DNA from: Mobula hypostoma
Taxonomy: Eukaryota
Reading direction: 5' to 3'
DNA length: 64,000 nt
Assembly: GCF_963921235.1 (NCBI RefSeq)
Contig: NC_086108.1
Span: 71,240,001-71,304,000 of the forward strand
The translations under genes were made by a program, and so were the position numbers. Below, piece after piece: positions 36,407 to 47,600 of this stretch; position 1 is the stretch's first letter, and each line of letters starts with the position of its first letter. The notes under the pieces are model-generated. The model ran no database searches. It worked only from the letters and a program-made list of their open reading frames with translations, and was not told the origin of the DNA.

Positions 36407-39400
36407 TGTAGGGTAACATAATTGGGAGAAATGTACATAATTCACACCAGCTCCACTGAGTTGGGGTTTTGCTTTATGAGGCTGATGTGATGACATCTTT
36501 ACACAGAGTTTTTAGCACGCTTTTGTGTATAGGTTTTGGCGTTCAATAAAATGAGTTGCAGGTTTCATTTAACATAAAATGCCTTACTTCGTTTTATTCG
36601 CAAAAACCTATTTTGGTGATGCTGGTTCTCTACAATGATTCCATAGTCATTGAACATGTCGGCTAATGCAGTTACTTTGAAACTGCCAGAGCTTTTGGGA
36701 GCAAAATGCCATTGCTTGGTTCATACAAGCTGAGGCCCAGTTCATGCTGCAAGAAATATCTGCTGATGACACCAAGTTCTACTATGTGGTAGTGTCGCTC
36801 TGCAGCTTCATGGTGGGGAGGGTGGGGAGTCTGCTAGAACACTCAGCTGAACACAATAAATACCGATCTCTGAAACTCACCTTCTACAGACTTTTAGACT
36901 ATTGGAGTCTAAGTGTGCAAACGGTTGCTCTTCTTACCCGGTCTCACCGATGCTAGGCTTTTGGAGCAAATGGATCACATTGTCTCTCCTGGGAAATCAC
37001 CATCCTTGTTTTATTTTTAAAGAACTTCTCAAGCAGCAAATGCCTGATCAAGTTCACGTAGCCCTCACTAATGCACCCATGAAGGACTACAGGGAGCTTG
37101 CTAAAATGGCTGATGGTCTACACCCAACTAGGCAGTGGTGCTTCAATCCTCCTCCCTTCTCTACCTCAATAAGCCTGATCAGCAAAGCCCCCAACATAAG
37201 GACACCTGCTTCTGCGAAACATATGATGTCAGGCATCTGATTTTACCACGCACGCTTTAGTATGAACGCTAGGAGGTGCCGACCGCCTTGCAGCTTCAAC
37301 AGTGCCAGTGTGTTGGGACATCAGAGGTCTGTGAATACTGTGGATTCCAGCTGCCAGGGTCATCTGCTGTTCATTACAGACACCCTTTCAGGGTCACGCT
37401 TCCTCTATGACACGTGTGCTCAATTGAGTGTGTTTCCAGCATCGCCTAGATGAGAAGGCAAAGAGTGACGAAACCTCACAGGAGGCCACCAACAGTGGCA
37501 GGATATAGACTTATGAGACACAACGGTGACACCCTGCTTCAGTGGGTGATGTTACACATGGGGCTTCATCTGGCTAAGGTGGATAGACCTCTGCTTCAGC
37601 AGATTTCCTATGTGCCCAAGGACTGTCAGTTGATCTTAATAACTGCTGGCTCATGGATGTCAAGGACTTTGGGTTGTTACCTTGCTCCCCCCAGTAAGTT
37701 CGCCGCAACGACTCTATCAAGCGCATGCACCACAGCATGTGAGTTCACTTGACAGCTGGGTGAATTCCCAAATCTCACCGAGCCTACATTCTCCACTACA
37801 GTCACAAAACATGGGGTTGAGCACCACATTTCCACAAGTGGCCCATTGCGTGCCCGTGTGCGTAGACTGGACCCAGTTGGCAACTGCGAAGGCTGAGCTT
37901 GCTAACATGGGAAGACTCGGAATTGTACACTGATTGAATAGCCCCTGGGTTTCACCCCTCCATATGGGCCCTAAGTCTGATGGTGGCTGTCGCCCATGTG
38001 ACGATCATTGATGCCTCAATGAGGCCACCACCCCCCATCGTTACCTGGTCCCACACTTACAATACTTTTTGGCACATTTAGCCAGAAAGTTATTTTCTCC
38101 CAAAGTCAGTCCAGTTAGGGGCTACCATCAAGTGTCTGCGTGCTCAGAGGACATTCCCAAAACAACTGTTATAACCCTGCTTGGCCTTTTTGAGTTCCTG
38201 CACATGAATTTGCACTGAAAAATGCAGCACAGACTTTCCAACGGCTGTTGCACTCTGTATTTAAAGGCTCAGATATTCTTTTTGTTTACTTGGAAGATAT
38301 ACTTGTCACCAGTGCATCGAAATCCAAACATGTATCCCATCTCTGCACACTTTTCGAGCACTTAAGACAAAATGGGTAGATTATTAATCCAGCTAAATGC
38401 CAGTTTGGGCTGTCAACCATTGACTTTCTTGGCCATTTCATCTCTGCAGAAGGTGCAAAACCCCTCCCATCAAAAGTAGCTGCTATTATGGATTTCCCAC
38501 CGCTTCGCACCACAGGAGTTTTTAGGCATGGTAAGTTTCTATCAGCATTTCGTTTTGTGAACTGCTGAATTTAAACTCCCCCTGTATAGTGCTCTTAAAG
38601 GCAATACCCCTAAAGTAGTGCTTGACTGGTCACCGGACCTGACCAGAGCATTTGATGATACCAAACGAGCTCTTGCTAACGTCGCCCTACTGGTGCACCC
38701 ACTGCCCAGCGCTCTCATAGCCATGACTACTGACGCTTCAGATGATGCTGCGGGTGCTGTGCATGAACAGTTGGTTAGAGGCGTGTGGCAGCCACTCACC
38801 TTCTTCAGCCGGCAGCTCCGTCCCCCTGAAAGGAATACAGCTCCGTGAGCTTCTCCGTCTCTATCTGGCTGACTGCCATTTTCATTTTCTTTTGGAGGGT
38901 CATTAGTTCGCAGCATTTGTTGACCACAAACCACTCGTGCACGCGATGGCCAAGATATCACACCCTTGGTCTGTATGGCAGCAACGCCACCTGGCCTACA
39001 CATCCGAGTTCACAACTGATATACAATTTATCAAGGGGAAAAATAATGCTGTAGCCTATTGCCTCTCACAGCCAGCCACTGAGGCAAAGGGGTTGACTAC
39101 GCTGGCATGGCAGCTGACCAAGTTTCTGACCCAGAGGTCCAGGCTTACCAAACAGCAGTCACGGGCCTGTGGTCGGCTGACATTAAGTTCGGGGAAGCTG
39201 GGGTTTCTCTCCCGTGCAATGTCTCAACTGGTCGCCCTCGCCCCATTGTGCATGCAAACTGGAGACGGACTGTCTTCTTTTTTTTTGGCGTGTGCCTGCG
39301 TGCATCTGCGTCTGTGCATGTGCGTCTGCGTGCGTGGGTCCGTGATGATGTCTTTTTCAGGGTTTTTTTACAAGGCGCGGCGCGAGGGAGAGACTGTGTG

Positions 39401-40891
39401 GCGAGCCACTCTTCACACAGACATTTTCACAGTATTTTCCCTTTATTTTACAAGGTCGAGTTGCGATCTTGACACTCAACCTGGCACGGATGGAAAGCGT
39501 ACTCGGGAGCAGACCTGACTGGTTTCGAACCCGGGAACTTCCGCTCCCGGGTCCGGCACCGAGAGACGGACTGTTTTCAACTCCATACATGGCTCTCACA
39601 TCCGGGCTGGAAGGCCTCATAGAAACTGGTTGCACTGAAGTGTGTTTGGCACAGCCTCAGAAAGGACGTGCGTGATTGGAGTGCAGCCTGTGTGGTGCCA
39701 GTGGGAGAAAGTTAACCATCATATCCAGGTGCCATTGGCAACTTCTGAGGTCCCAGTGCGATGGTTTGACCATGTCAATGTGGACCTTGTTGGTCCTCTT
39801 CTTCCCCTCCCGTGGTTTCACGCACCTTCTTACCATGGTAAACCATGCCACCAGGTGGCCAGAGGTCGTCCCTCCAGCTTCGACAATGGCCGCAGACATG
39901 GCTCGGGCGTTCATCAGTACCTGAGTTGCTCGGTTTGGTACCCCATCTGATATTTCCTCTGACCATGGTCCCCAATCAATTTCAGACCTCTGGGCTGTGA
40001 TGGCCCAGAACCTCATCACACCGTGGCGTAACATCCGCAGTCCAGTGGCCTATATGAGCGGTTTCACCACTCCTTAAAGGCTGCTCTGAGGGCTTCCCTA
40101 ACAGATGACTATTGGCATCGTCTCCCATGGGTCCTGCTGTGGCTCAGAACAACTCTAAAAGAGGACCTGCAGTCGTCCATGGCAGAGTTGGTATATGGGC
40201 AGCCGTTATGAGTGCCAGGTGATTTAATTCCTGACACTACACCTGCCTGGTCGGCCTCTCCTCAGCGTTCCACCCTCCTCAGTAAATTCAATTCCTTTTC
40301 CCCTACTTCTAACTCTCAACATGGGATATACCACTCTTGGGTTCCTGTTGACCTACATTCTGCCTCGTTTGTTTTCGTCCTTCATGAAGCCCCCTTACAA
40401 TGGTCCGTTCCGTATTTTATATGGGGAGAAAAGACTTCTGTCATAGATAAGAGGGGTAAACCTGAACGTATTCCCGTAGATCACCTCAACCCAGCCCACT
40501 AAAATTTTGGAGGATTCTACTCCCATGCCCCTGGTGTCACATGACCATGAGCGTGTCAGTACACGTCTGGAGGACCCAGAGGCTCCTGCTGTTCCTCCAC
40601 CCGTGGAACACTGGACCCGAGCCGGGCGGCTTGTCCGAGCTCCGGACAGGCTCACAATGCCGGTTTCAGTGAATTCTGGTGGAGTAACATAATTGGGGGA
40701 AACATACATGATTCACAACCACTGAGATTGAGTTGGAGTTTCTCCTTAAGAGGCTGGTCTGACGCGATGGTGTTTTTATCTAAAGAGTTTTTAGCATGCT
40801 TTTGTGCAAAGGTTTTGGAGTTCAATAAAATGTGTTATGGGTTTCATTAAACATAAAATGTCTCACTTCGTTTTATTTGTGAAAACCTACA
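36407..40891 (+). mobile_element. Full-length but decayed Gypsy LTR retrotransposon (CsRN1-like)
   Basis: LTRs ~36407-36611 and ~40679-40891; PBS-like TGGTGA; gag WFIQAEAQF, protease FLYDTCA, RT FVYLEDILV, RNase H TTDASD, integrase HVNVDLVGP and SSDHGPQ; possible TSD CTTG/CTAG. Confidence 0.9.
39274..39562 (-). mobile_element. tRNA-derived SINE (same family as 4025-4316), slightly 5'-truncated, inserted in Gypsy pol
   Basis: Clear similarity to 4025-4316; perfect 12-bp TSD GAGACGGACTGT at 39262-39273 and 39563-39574. Confidence 0.88.
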
Positions 40892-41574
40892 CTAGTATGT
40901 GTCTGGCTTCAACTTTGCAGATATCATAGAGACATAACTGAAATCAGGAATCATCTAACAAATAGTCAGAGATTTAGATTTGAATCTCATCACTTCACGG
41001 TGTGCATGTCACATTTGTTAGAACTCCAGTACTTGATTATAAAGTTTATTAATAGCATATTGAACATGCTGGAATGCTCCATTTTCAATATGTCTATCCT
41101 GGTTTTGGCATTATAATGGCTCTTTAAAGCTATTTAGTGTTGTACTTCTATTAGATTATTGACCCCAGAACTTCATGAAAATGCCTTGTCAACTCAATTT
41201 AAATTCCATCAAACAGTATAAAGTTTTAAGTAATTGATTAACAAAACATATTCATTAAAATTGCTTTTAAAGTAATGTCAATAGCACTGTGACAACATGA
41301 TTTTGGAGATGGAACATTTGCTGATGTACTTTAATATTTAACTTGAATGCTGATATATTATTACTGATTTATGATCATTACAGCTATGTAGTTTTTCTTT
41401 CCAAATTTAAGCTATCTTTCAAAAGATGATTAAGAGGAAAGACATCTGGCTCTGAAATTATTCCAGCTGATTGCAGTTGGTGGTTTCTACTTAATGGACA
41501 TGTTTTACCAATTATGTAGCACATAAATAGAAACGGTCCCATGAAGTTCAGGAATCTTTCAATTGTCCTTTGTG

Positions 41575-43002
41575 CTAATTAAATTTGCAGATGATACTAT
41601 GTTGATTGGCCTTAACTCAAATAATAATGAGGCAGCCTACAGAGAAGAAGTCATCACCCTGACACAGTGGTGTCAAGAAAACAACCTCTCCCTCAATGTC
41701 GCAAAAACAAAGGCGCTGGTTGTGGATTACAGGAGGAACAGAGACAGGCTCATCCCGATTGGCATCAACAGATCTGGGGTTGAGAGGGTGAACAGCTTTA
41801 AGTTCCTTTGTATACACATAACCAAAGACCTCACCTGGTCTGTACATACTGGCTGTATGGTGAAAAAAGCACAACAGTCCCTCCTTCACCTCAGATGGTT
41901 GAAGAAATTCGGCATGTGTCCCCAAATCCCAAGAACTTTCTACAGGGGCACAACTAAGAGCATCCCGACTGGCTGAATCACTGCCTCGTGTGGGAACTGT
42001 ACTTCCCTCAATCACAGGACTCTGCAGAGAGTGGTGCGGACAGCCCAGCACATCTGTAGATGTGAACTTCCCATTATTCAGGACATTTACAAAGACAGGT
42101 GTGTTGTTCGTCCATCGTTGACGTTGAAGAGGACCTCGACACCATAATGATGGTGTCGAGACTAGCGCGTGATTTGGATTTAAGTGAGGGAGAGTTGCGC
42201 AGTGTCAGCCTCACTCTCTCTTCCCAATTCCCATCTGGATTCAGTGGCAAGACAGAGTCTAGACGGCTGGAGATGGGACTAGGCGCAGTGGATGACCAGG
42301 ACGTCTTCTGTGTCTTGTCCTGCTCTACACGTTCCACGACGCTTGCAGAGACTGCCTTCTTGACCTTCCATGGGTCTCGTCCGCTCAATCCGCCAGAGTC
42401 TGTCTTCACATGCTGGGATAGACAACTCCCTATCTCACCGAGGGTTTGAGACCCGTCAGCTACCCTCACCTGGTTTAGCTGGCTTGTCGAAGCCGTTGCC
42501 CGGGGTGTGGCCGCTGTCGCATGCAAACAGCTACGGGGAGCCACAGGTGAGAGCTGAGTGCCAGGTGGGGACCAAAGGTGGACTAACCGCCCTGAAAAGG
42601 ACGCGACATGTTCCCCCACCAGAGGTGCTACCACTCCCTGACACCCCATATACCCCTATGGTGTGTAAAAAGGGCCTGAAGGATCAGTGGGGACCTGAGT
42701 CACACCAACCGCAAACTGTTCCAGCTGCTACCATCTGGGAAACTGTACCGCAGCATAAAAGCCAGGACCAACAGGCTCCGGGACAGCTTCTTCCACCAGG
42801 CCATCAGACTGATTAATTCATGCTGACACAATTGTATTTCTAAGCTATATTGACTGTTCTGTTGTATATCTTACTGTACATACTATTTATTAGAAATTAC
42901 TAGAAGTTGCACATTGCACATTCAGACGGAGATGTAGCATAAAGAATTTTACTCATCGTGTATGTGAAGAATGTAAGAAATAAGAGCAATTCAATTCAAT
43001 TC
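41575..43002 (+). mobile_element. Rex1/Babar LINE 3' fragment interrupted at 42105-42659
   Basis: IKFADDT, WCQENNLSLNVAKTK, ERVNSFKFL; tail (CAATT)n at ~42988-43002. Confidence 0.88.
42105..42659 (-). mobile_element. Non-autonomous RTE-type element (non-coding, CpG-rich)
   Basis: 7-bp TSD GGTGTGT at 42098-42104 and 42660-42666; 11-bp hairpin at 42135-42160 near the 3' end; ends GGACGAACA(ACA). Confidence 0.7.
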
Positions 43003-43341
43003 ACTACGGCATTTGTTCTTTTCTTTTGCTAGAAAGATTCTTAAATGATTCTTTTTGCCTTGCTTGACAAAATATTAAAAATATTCAATCTACCAGAGGA
43101 GGGACAACAGTATCCGGGAAGGAGGTGCAGAAGCATCAGGACTAGGACTGCTGGACTGGGTAACAGCTTCTTCCCTCAGGCTGTCAGACTCTACCACCAC
43201 TGGGGTCTTGTCACTCGGACAGCAAACTGTTTACTGTGTTTTACTACATGCATTTTGAATTATATTTTATTAACTTATAGTATAGTATTTTGGTTTATGT
43301 GCTGTGCATTTAATATGTGTTTCCATGCTGTAGTGCTTTAT

Positions 43342-44083
43342 AGGCTGATTTATACTTGTGCTTACTAGCTTGCGCCGTAGACTACGCAAGTGGGCTATGC
43401 CATTGTGAGCATTTGTACTTGTGCGTTGGTGTATCTGCATCTCTCTGCAATTCACCACCAAAACGCTGGTTGGCGGTGGGGTTTCTATGCCACTGTGTTG
43501 AGTTTCTTCGTGTTGAAACTCAACGTGAAGAAACTTAAACTTCAAACAATGGTGACTGAAACTGAAGGAGGGTGAATTTTCTGTGCTTGTCTGGCCACTG
43601 AGAGACAGGGACGAGGAAATGCATTTCAAATATTTTCGGATGTCGGCAGGTAAATTTGACGATTTGGTTCATCGTCTCCAACCATTTATTTCGCATCAGT
43701 ATATTCAGAGACTGGCAATCACCACTCGAGTCTTAGCTTCGGGTGGAAGTCAACAGGCTGTAGCAGCTAGCTACAAAGTGGTGTCAAGCACAGGGTCCTC
43801 CATAATTTTGGAGGACTGTAAAGCTTTATGGAAAGCATTGCAGCCAGAGTTCTTTCCCTGCCCTTCAGTCGCCCAATGGTAAGCTATTGCAGCGTAGGAG
43901 GAAATGCGATGTTACCAAGCAGACCATTCACAGTTGTTGCAGTCTGTGATGCTGCGACGTGTAGTTACATTTTGGGAGAGGTGCGCGTTAGGCTACGGCG
44001 TAGGGTTCAGCGTAGATACAGCATAGGGTACGCGGGTACGCCATACCTAGGCGTACATTTGACGCACAAGTATAAGTCAGCCT
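43342..44083 (+). mobile_element. Internally deleted PIF/Harbinger DNA transposon
   Basis: 20-bp TIRs AGGCTGA(T/C)TTATACTTGTGC (19/20 match), 3-bp flanking duplication TAT, ORF 43583-43882 FKYFRMS...FDDLV...RLAIT.R.LASG (Harbinger/HARBI1-type transposase N-terminus). Confidence 0.88.
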
Positions 44084-44214
44084 TATGACTCTGACTCTAA
44101 CAATTAGCCGCTATCAATGGGCCATAGAGCATCTTCTTTGAAATCTGTCCATCTGATATTTGAATCATGATCAAAAAAAGCTGAGTTTGTTATTAAATGC
44201 AGAAGTTTGAAATG

Positions 44215-44690
44215 TTGAACTTTGAACATGTATGTACAGGTGCAATGAGGAACTTACCTGCAGCAACGTCATGGGCACATAGTATCACATAAGCAGCTTT
44301 CACAAGAGAAACATAAATTCTACACAACTTTTACAAGAAAGAACATAGTTAGAACAAAAAATGTCTATTTTAGTGCAAAGTTGTCGAATCTGTCTTAGTG
44401 TTGCTGAACTGTAGTGATTAGGGTTTTGCTAGGTAGTTCAAGAACTAAATAGTTGAAGAGAACCTGGTGGTGTGGGACTTCAGGTTTCTGTGCCTCTGTC
44501 CCGATGGCAGCTGTGAAAAGATGGCATGGCTTGGATGGTGGGAGTCTTTAACGATAGGTGTTGTCTTCTTGAGACAACTTCTCCTGTAGGTAAGGTGTGG
44601 AGGGGTGTATTAGGTAGAGTCGACTACTCCCTGTAGCTTCTTGCACTCTCCACGTTAGAAATGCCGTGCCAGACCGTGATACAACTAGTA
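44215..44690 (-). mobile_element. Rex1/Babar LINE 3' fragment
   Basis: Reverse complement matches the 3' coding end and UTR of the other Rex copies (CTGAAGTCCCACACCACCAGGTT). Confidence 0.65.
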
Positions 44691-47600
44691 TAGCCAACAC
44701 TTCATGATTTGGTGAATCAAAACTTGGAAACCTCTTTTAGAATTTCATATTAGTGATCTTGTGTTGCTCTTGGATCACTATTATCATTGTAGGCAGCTTA
44801 GGTAATTCTGCCATGAATATATTATCTAAGACAGGTGCTTATCAGAACAACAGTCGTTTGATCTTTTTCTGCTGTCTAGTGCCTCCCAGGTTCACAAAAT
44901 TCATGGAGAACAGATTTGTCTTTGATGATAAGCCCAGTTTCCTTTGTATCAACTGGGACCTCTGCAGACAGAATGTTAAATGACTAAGTTTCCCACACTC
45001 TATCCATTGAGTGTTACCATTAATAGTTAGGTGGAACTTCCCTAATTTCTGTTCATATTTAAAGCTGCTTACTTGTGCTAATTTCTTCCTGTCTTGAGCG
45101 ATAATTTCCTTCTGAATTGATGAGTAGTTCTGGCTTCATTTAGATAATCAGTATCTGCTGCATTTTGCCCAAGTATTAGTGAAGTGTAATCTCATAATGG
45201 GCTGCTTCCAAACTGGAATACATTGGTATGTGAGCATCTATATTGTTGTGGGAGAAGGAAATGCAAATGTCCCAATTTTCACTGAAGCTATCACTCTCAC
45301 TGTCATAGCACTGGACAACTATTTGACATTTTCAGTAATTTTTTTCAGGTCACTTTAACTTGGGGGAGTTTTCTGGAGACATAGCTCCTGACTATGTTTA
45401 ATTTACTTTGTTAGGTCAACAAACTGATTGGAGAAGGCCACATTTGCCTCCCTGTATTTACTTTGGAGACATCAAGTTCAAGTTTACATTCAAGTTTATT
45501 GCCATCTGACTGTACAGATACAGTATATAACCAAACTAAACAATATTCCTGAGGACTATAGTGCACACCTAGTATGTGCTGAACTGTTATCCTGCTAATT
45601 CCCATCAAACTACACCTGGACCATAGCCCTCCAAACCTCTCCCATCATACACTTATCCAAACTTATCTTAAATGTTGCAATTGTACCTGCATCCATCGCA
45701 TCTGCTGAAAGCTCGTTTCACACTTGCGCTACCCTCTGAATGAAGGAGTTCCCCCTCTGGTCCTCCCTAAATGTTTGACTTTTCACCTTAGTCCATGACC
45801 TCTAGTTCTAGTCCCACCCAACCTCATCTGAAAAGACCTGCTTGCATTTACCCTCATCGTCTCAAATTTGACAGCATAAGAGATAAATTGTCAGCAATTG
45901 CTGAGAAATGCATTTGCTCTTAGAATATTTGTAATGTCAGGGACTCTTGGACAAATATCCAAACTTGTTAGTTCGGCTCCACTGGAGACTTGCACTTGTA
46001 TGCCAGATTCCTCATGGAGTCTAATAGTGGAATGGAAATCTGCACCATACACTCCCACTTGTATACTCAGTGCTGTGCCAATTACTGACATTACTGCTGC
46101 ACCAGGAACCTGGGGTGAACCCAGTAAGGAAGAACCCATGGTTGGATGAGTATAGGCTGGTGCTAGCCAGGTCAGGGTGATCAGTGCACCTACTTTGTGC
46201 TGAGATGGGGAGCTCAGAGCTGTACCCTAGTCGGCGTGGTAAGAACGTATAGAGTCAGTCTCTCAACACCACCTGCTGCTGTCTTTCTTTGTTTGACTGT
46301 TCATCTCTCTACATTCTCAAAGATCTCTCTGTGGTTATCAGTCTTTGAGCTTGTACAGGCACAGCCACCACTCAGCTAGGGTGTAGTCCTGAGTACTTGG
46401 ACCATTTTCTTCAACTCACTCAACATCAGCCCTCATAGATAGTTCTGTCTGTAGAGATAGTCCTTCTACAGGAGTACTAGTGCTAGGTAAGGATTCACAG
46501 CAGTTTAGGGCAAAGAGCAGGCCGTCCATATGGATGTCATTTTTCAATTACTGGGAGCAGGGTACCTGTGAGTGTTTGAACTGGAGGTCACGAGCACTTA
46601 ACAGCTTGGTCCTCTGTGAGTCAGTGTTAAGTGAAGCACTATCCACTTTTGTAATAAGAGCATCAATGACAAGGACAGCATTTATTGTCTCCCTCTAATT
46701 GCCCTTAAAATGAGTGGCTTGCCAGGCTGTTTTCCTGGGCATTTAAGAACCAGCCACATTGGATAAGAATGGCAACTTTCCTCCCTTGCACAGTATTCAT
46801 GAACTAGTTTGATTCAAAGGTAGAAGGAACTTCTGTTAGTACTTTTTCTTTCATCTATCCAGTGAGCTGAACCTATTTAACAGTTTAGCAAGAACCAGGA
46901 GACAAAAGATTAATGCATTATAAATTAGGCCAAAATGAAATATATCATTGTGACAAGACTCAGAATGAGCAGATTGAGTAGAAGGAAAAGAAGGTTTTGT
47001 CATGGTGGTTAATAGATTAAAAGCGTTCATTTTTTTGGCACTGATAGATTTCAATCAGATACTCTTTAATTATAGTGTATGCTTCATTAAATTACAGCAC
47101 AGGAAATCAGTACTTTTAAAAATAGTGAAGGTAATTTTGACTTTGTAAATTATATTTATCATTTAATGAATAAAAAAAAGGTAGGGGATTTTAGAATGGA
47201 TGGTCAAAATTGTCACCAAAGGTTTGTAAGCCAGCTAATAAAAAGTGCCGTTTCATTTACCTATCTATCTATTCATCTAATTGTTATCATTTGTTGAATA
47301 TGTCAATCTTATTGACACAGTATCTCCATGGTTACCCTGGTTTTACCTTAATCGAGACATCATCCTCCCCCTCACCCTTCCTGTAGTTTAACAAGCTTCT
47401 CTTGTCTTTCCCTTCCCAGCTCTGATGAAGGTTCTCAACCTGAAACATTTTGTGTCTCTTCCTAAAGATGTGGCCTGGCCTGCATTGAATCTCCTGCATT
47501 TTCTGCTTCCAAATTCCTGACGTATTTATCAGTTCTGCATAAGAACATATGATCTCATTGTACCTGCTCCACCATTCAATAAGATCATTATTATCTTTTA

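Noticed and set aside
42074..42816. Overlapping ORFs of 116-191 aa
   Set aside because: They lie in a GC-rich, TSD-bounded non-coding retroelement, cross its boundaries and show no domain motifs
43583..43882. Domesticated HARBI1 gene
   Set aside because: The fragment lies between TIRs, lacks the catalytic region and has no exon structure
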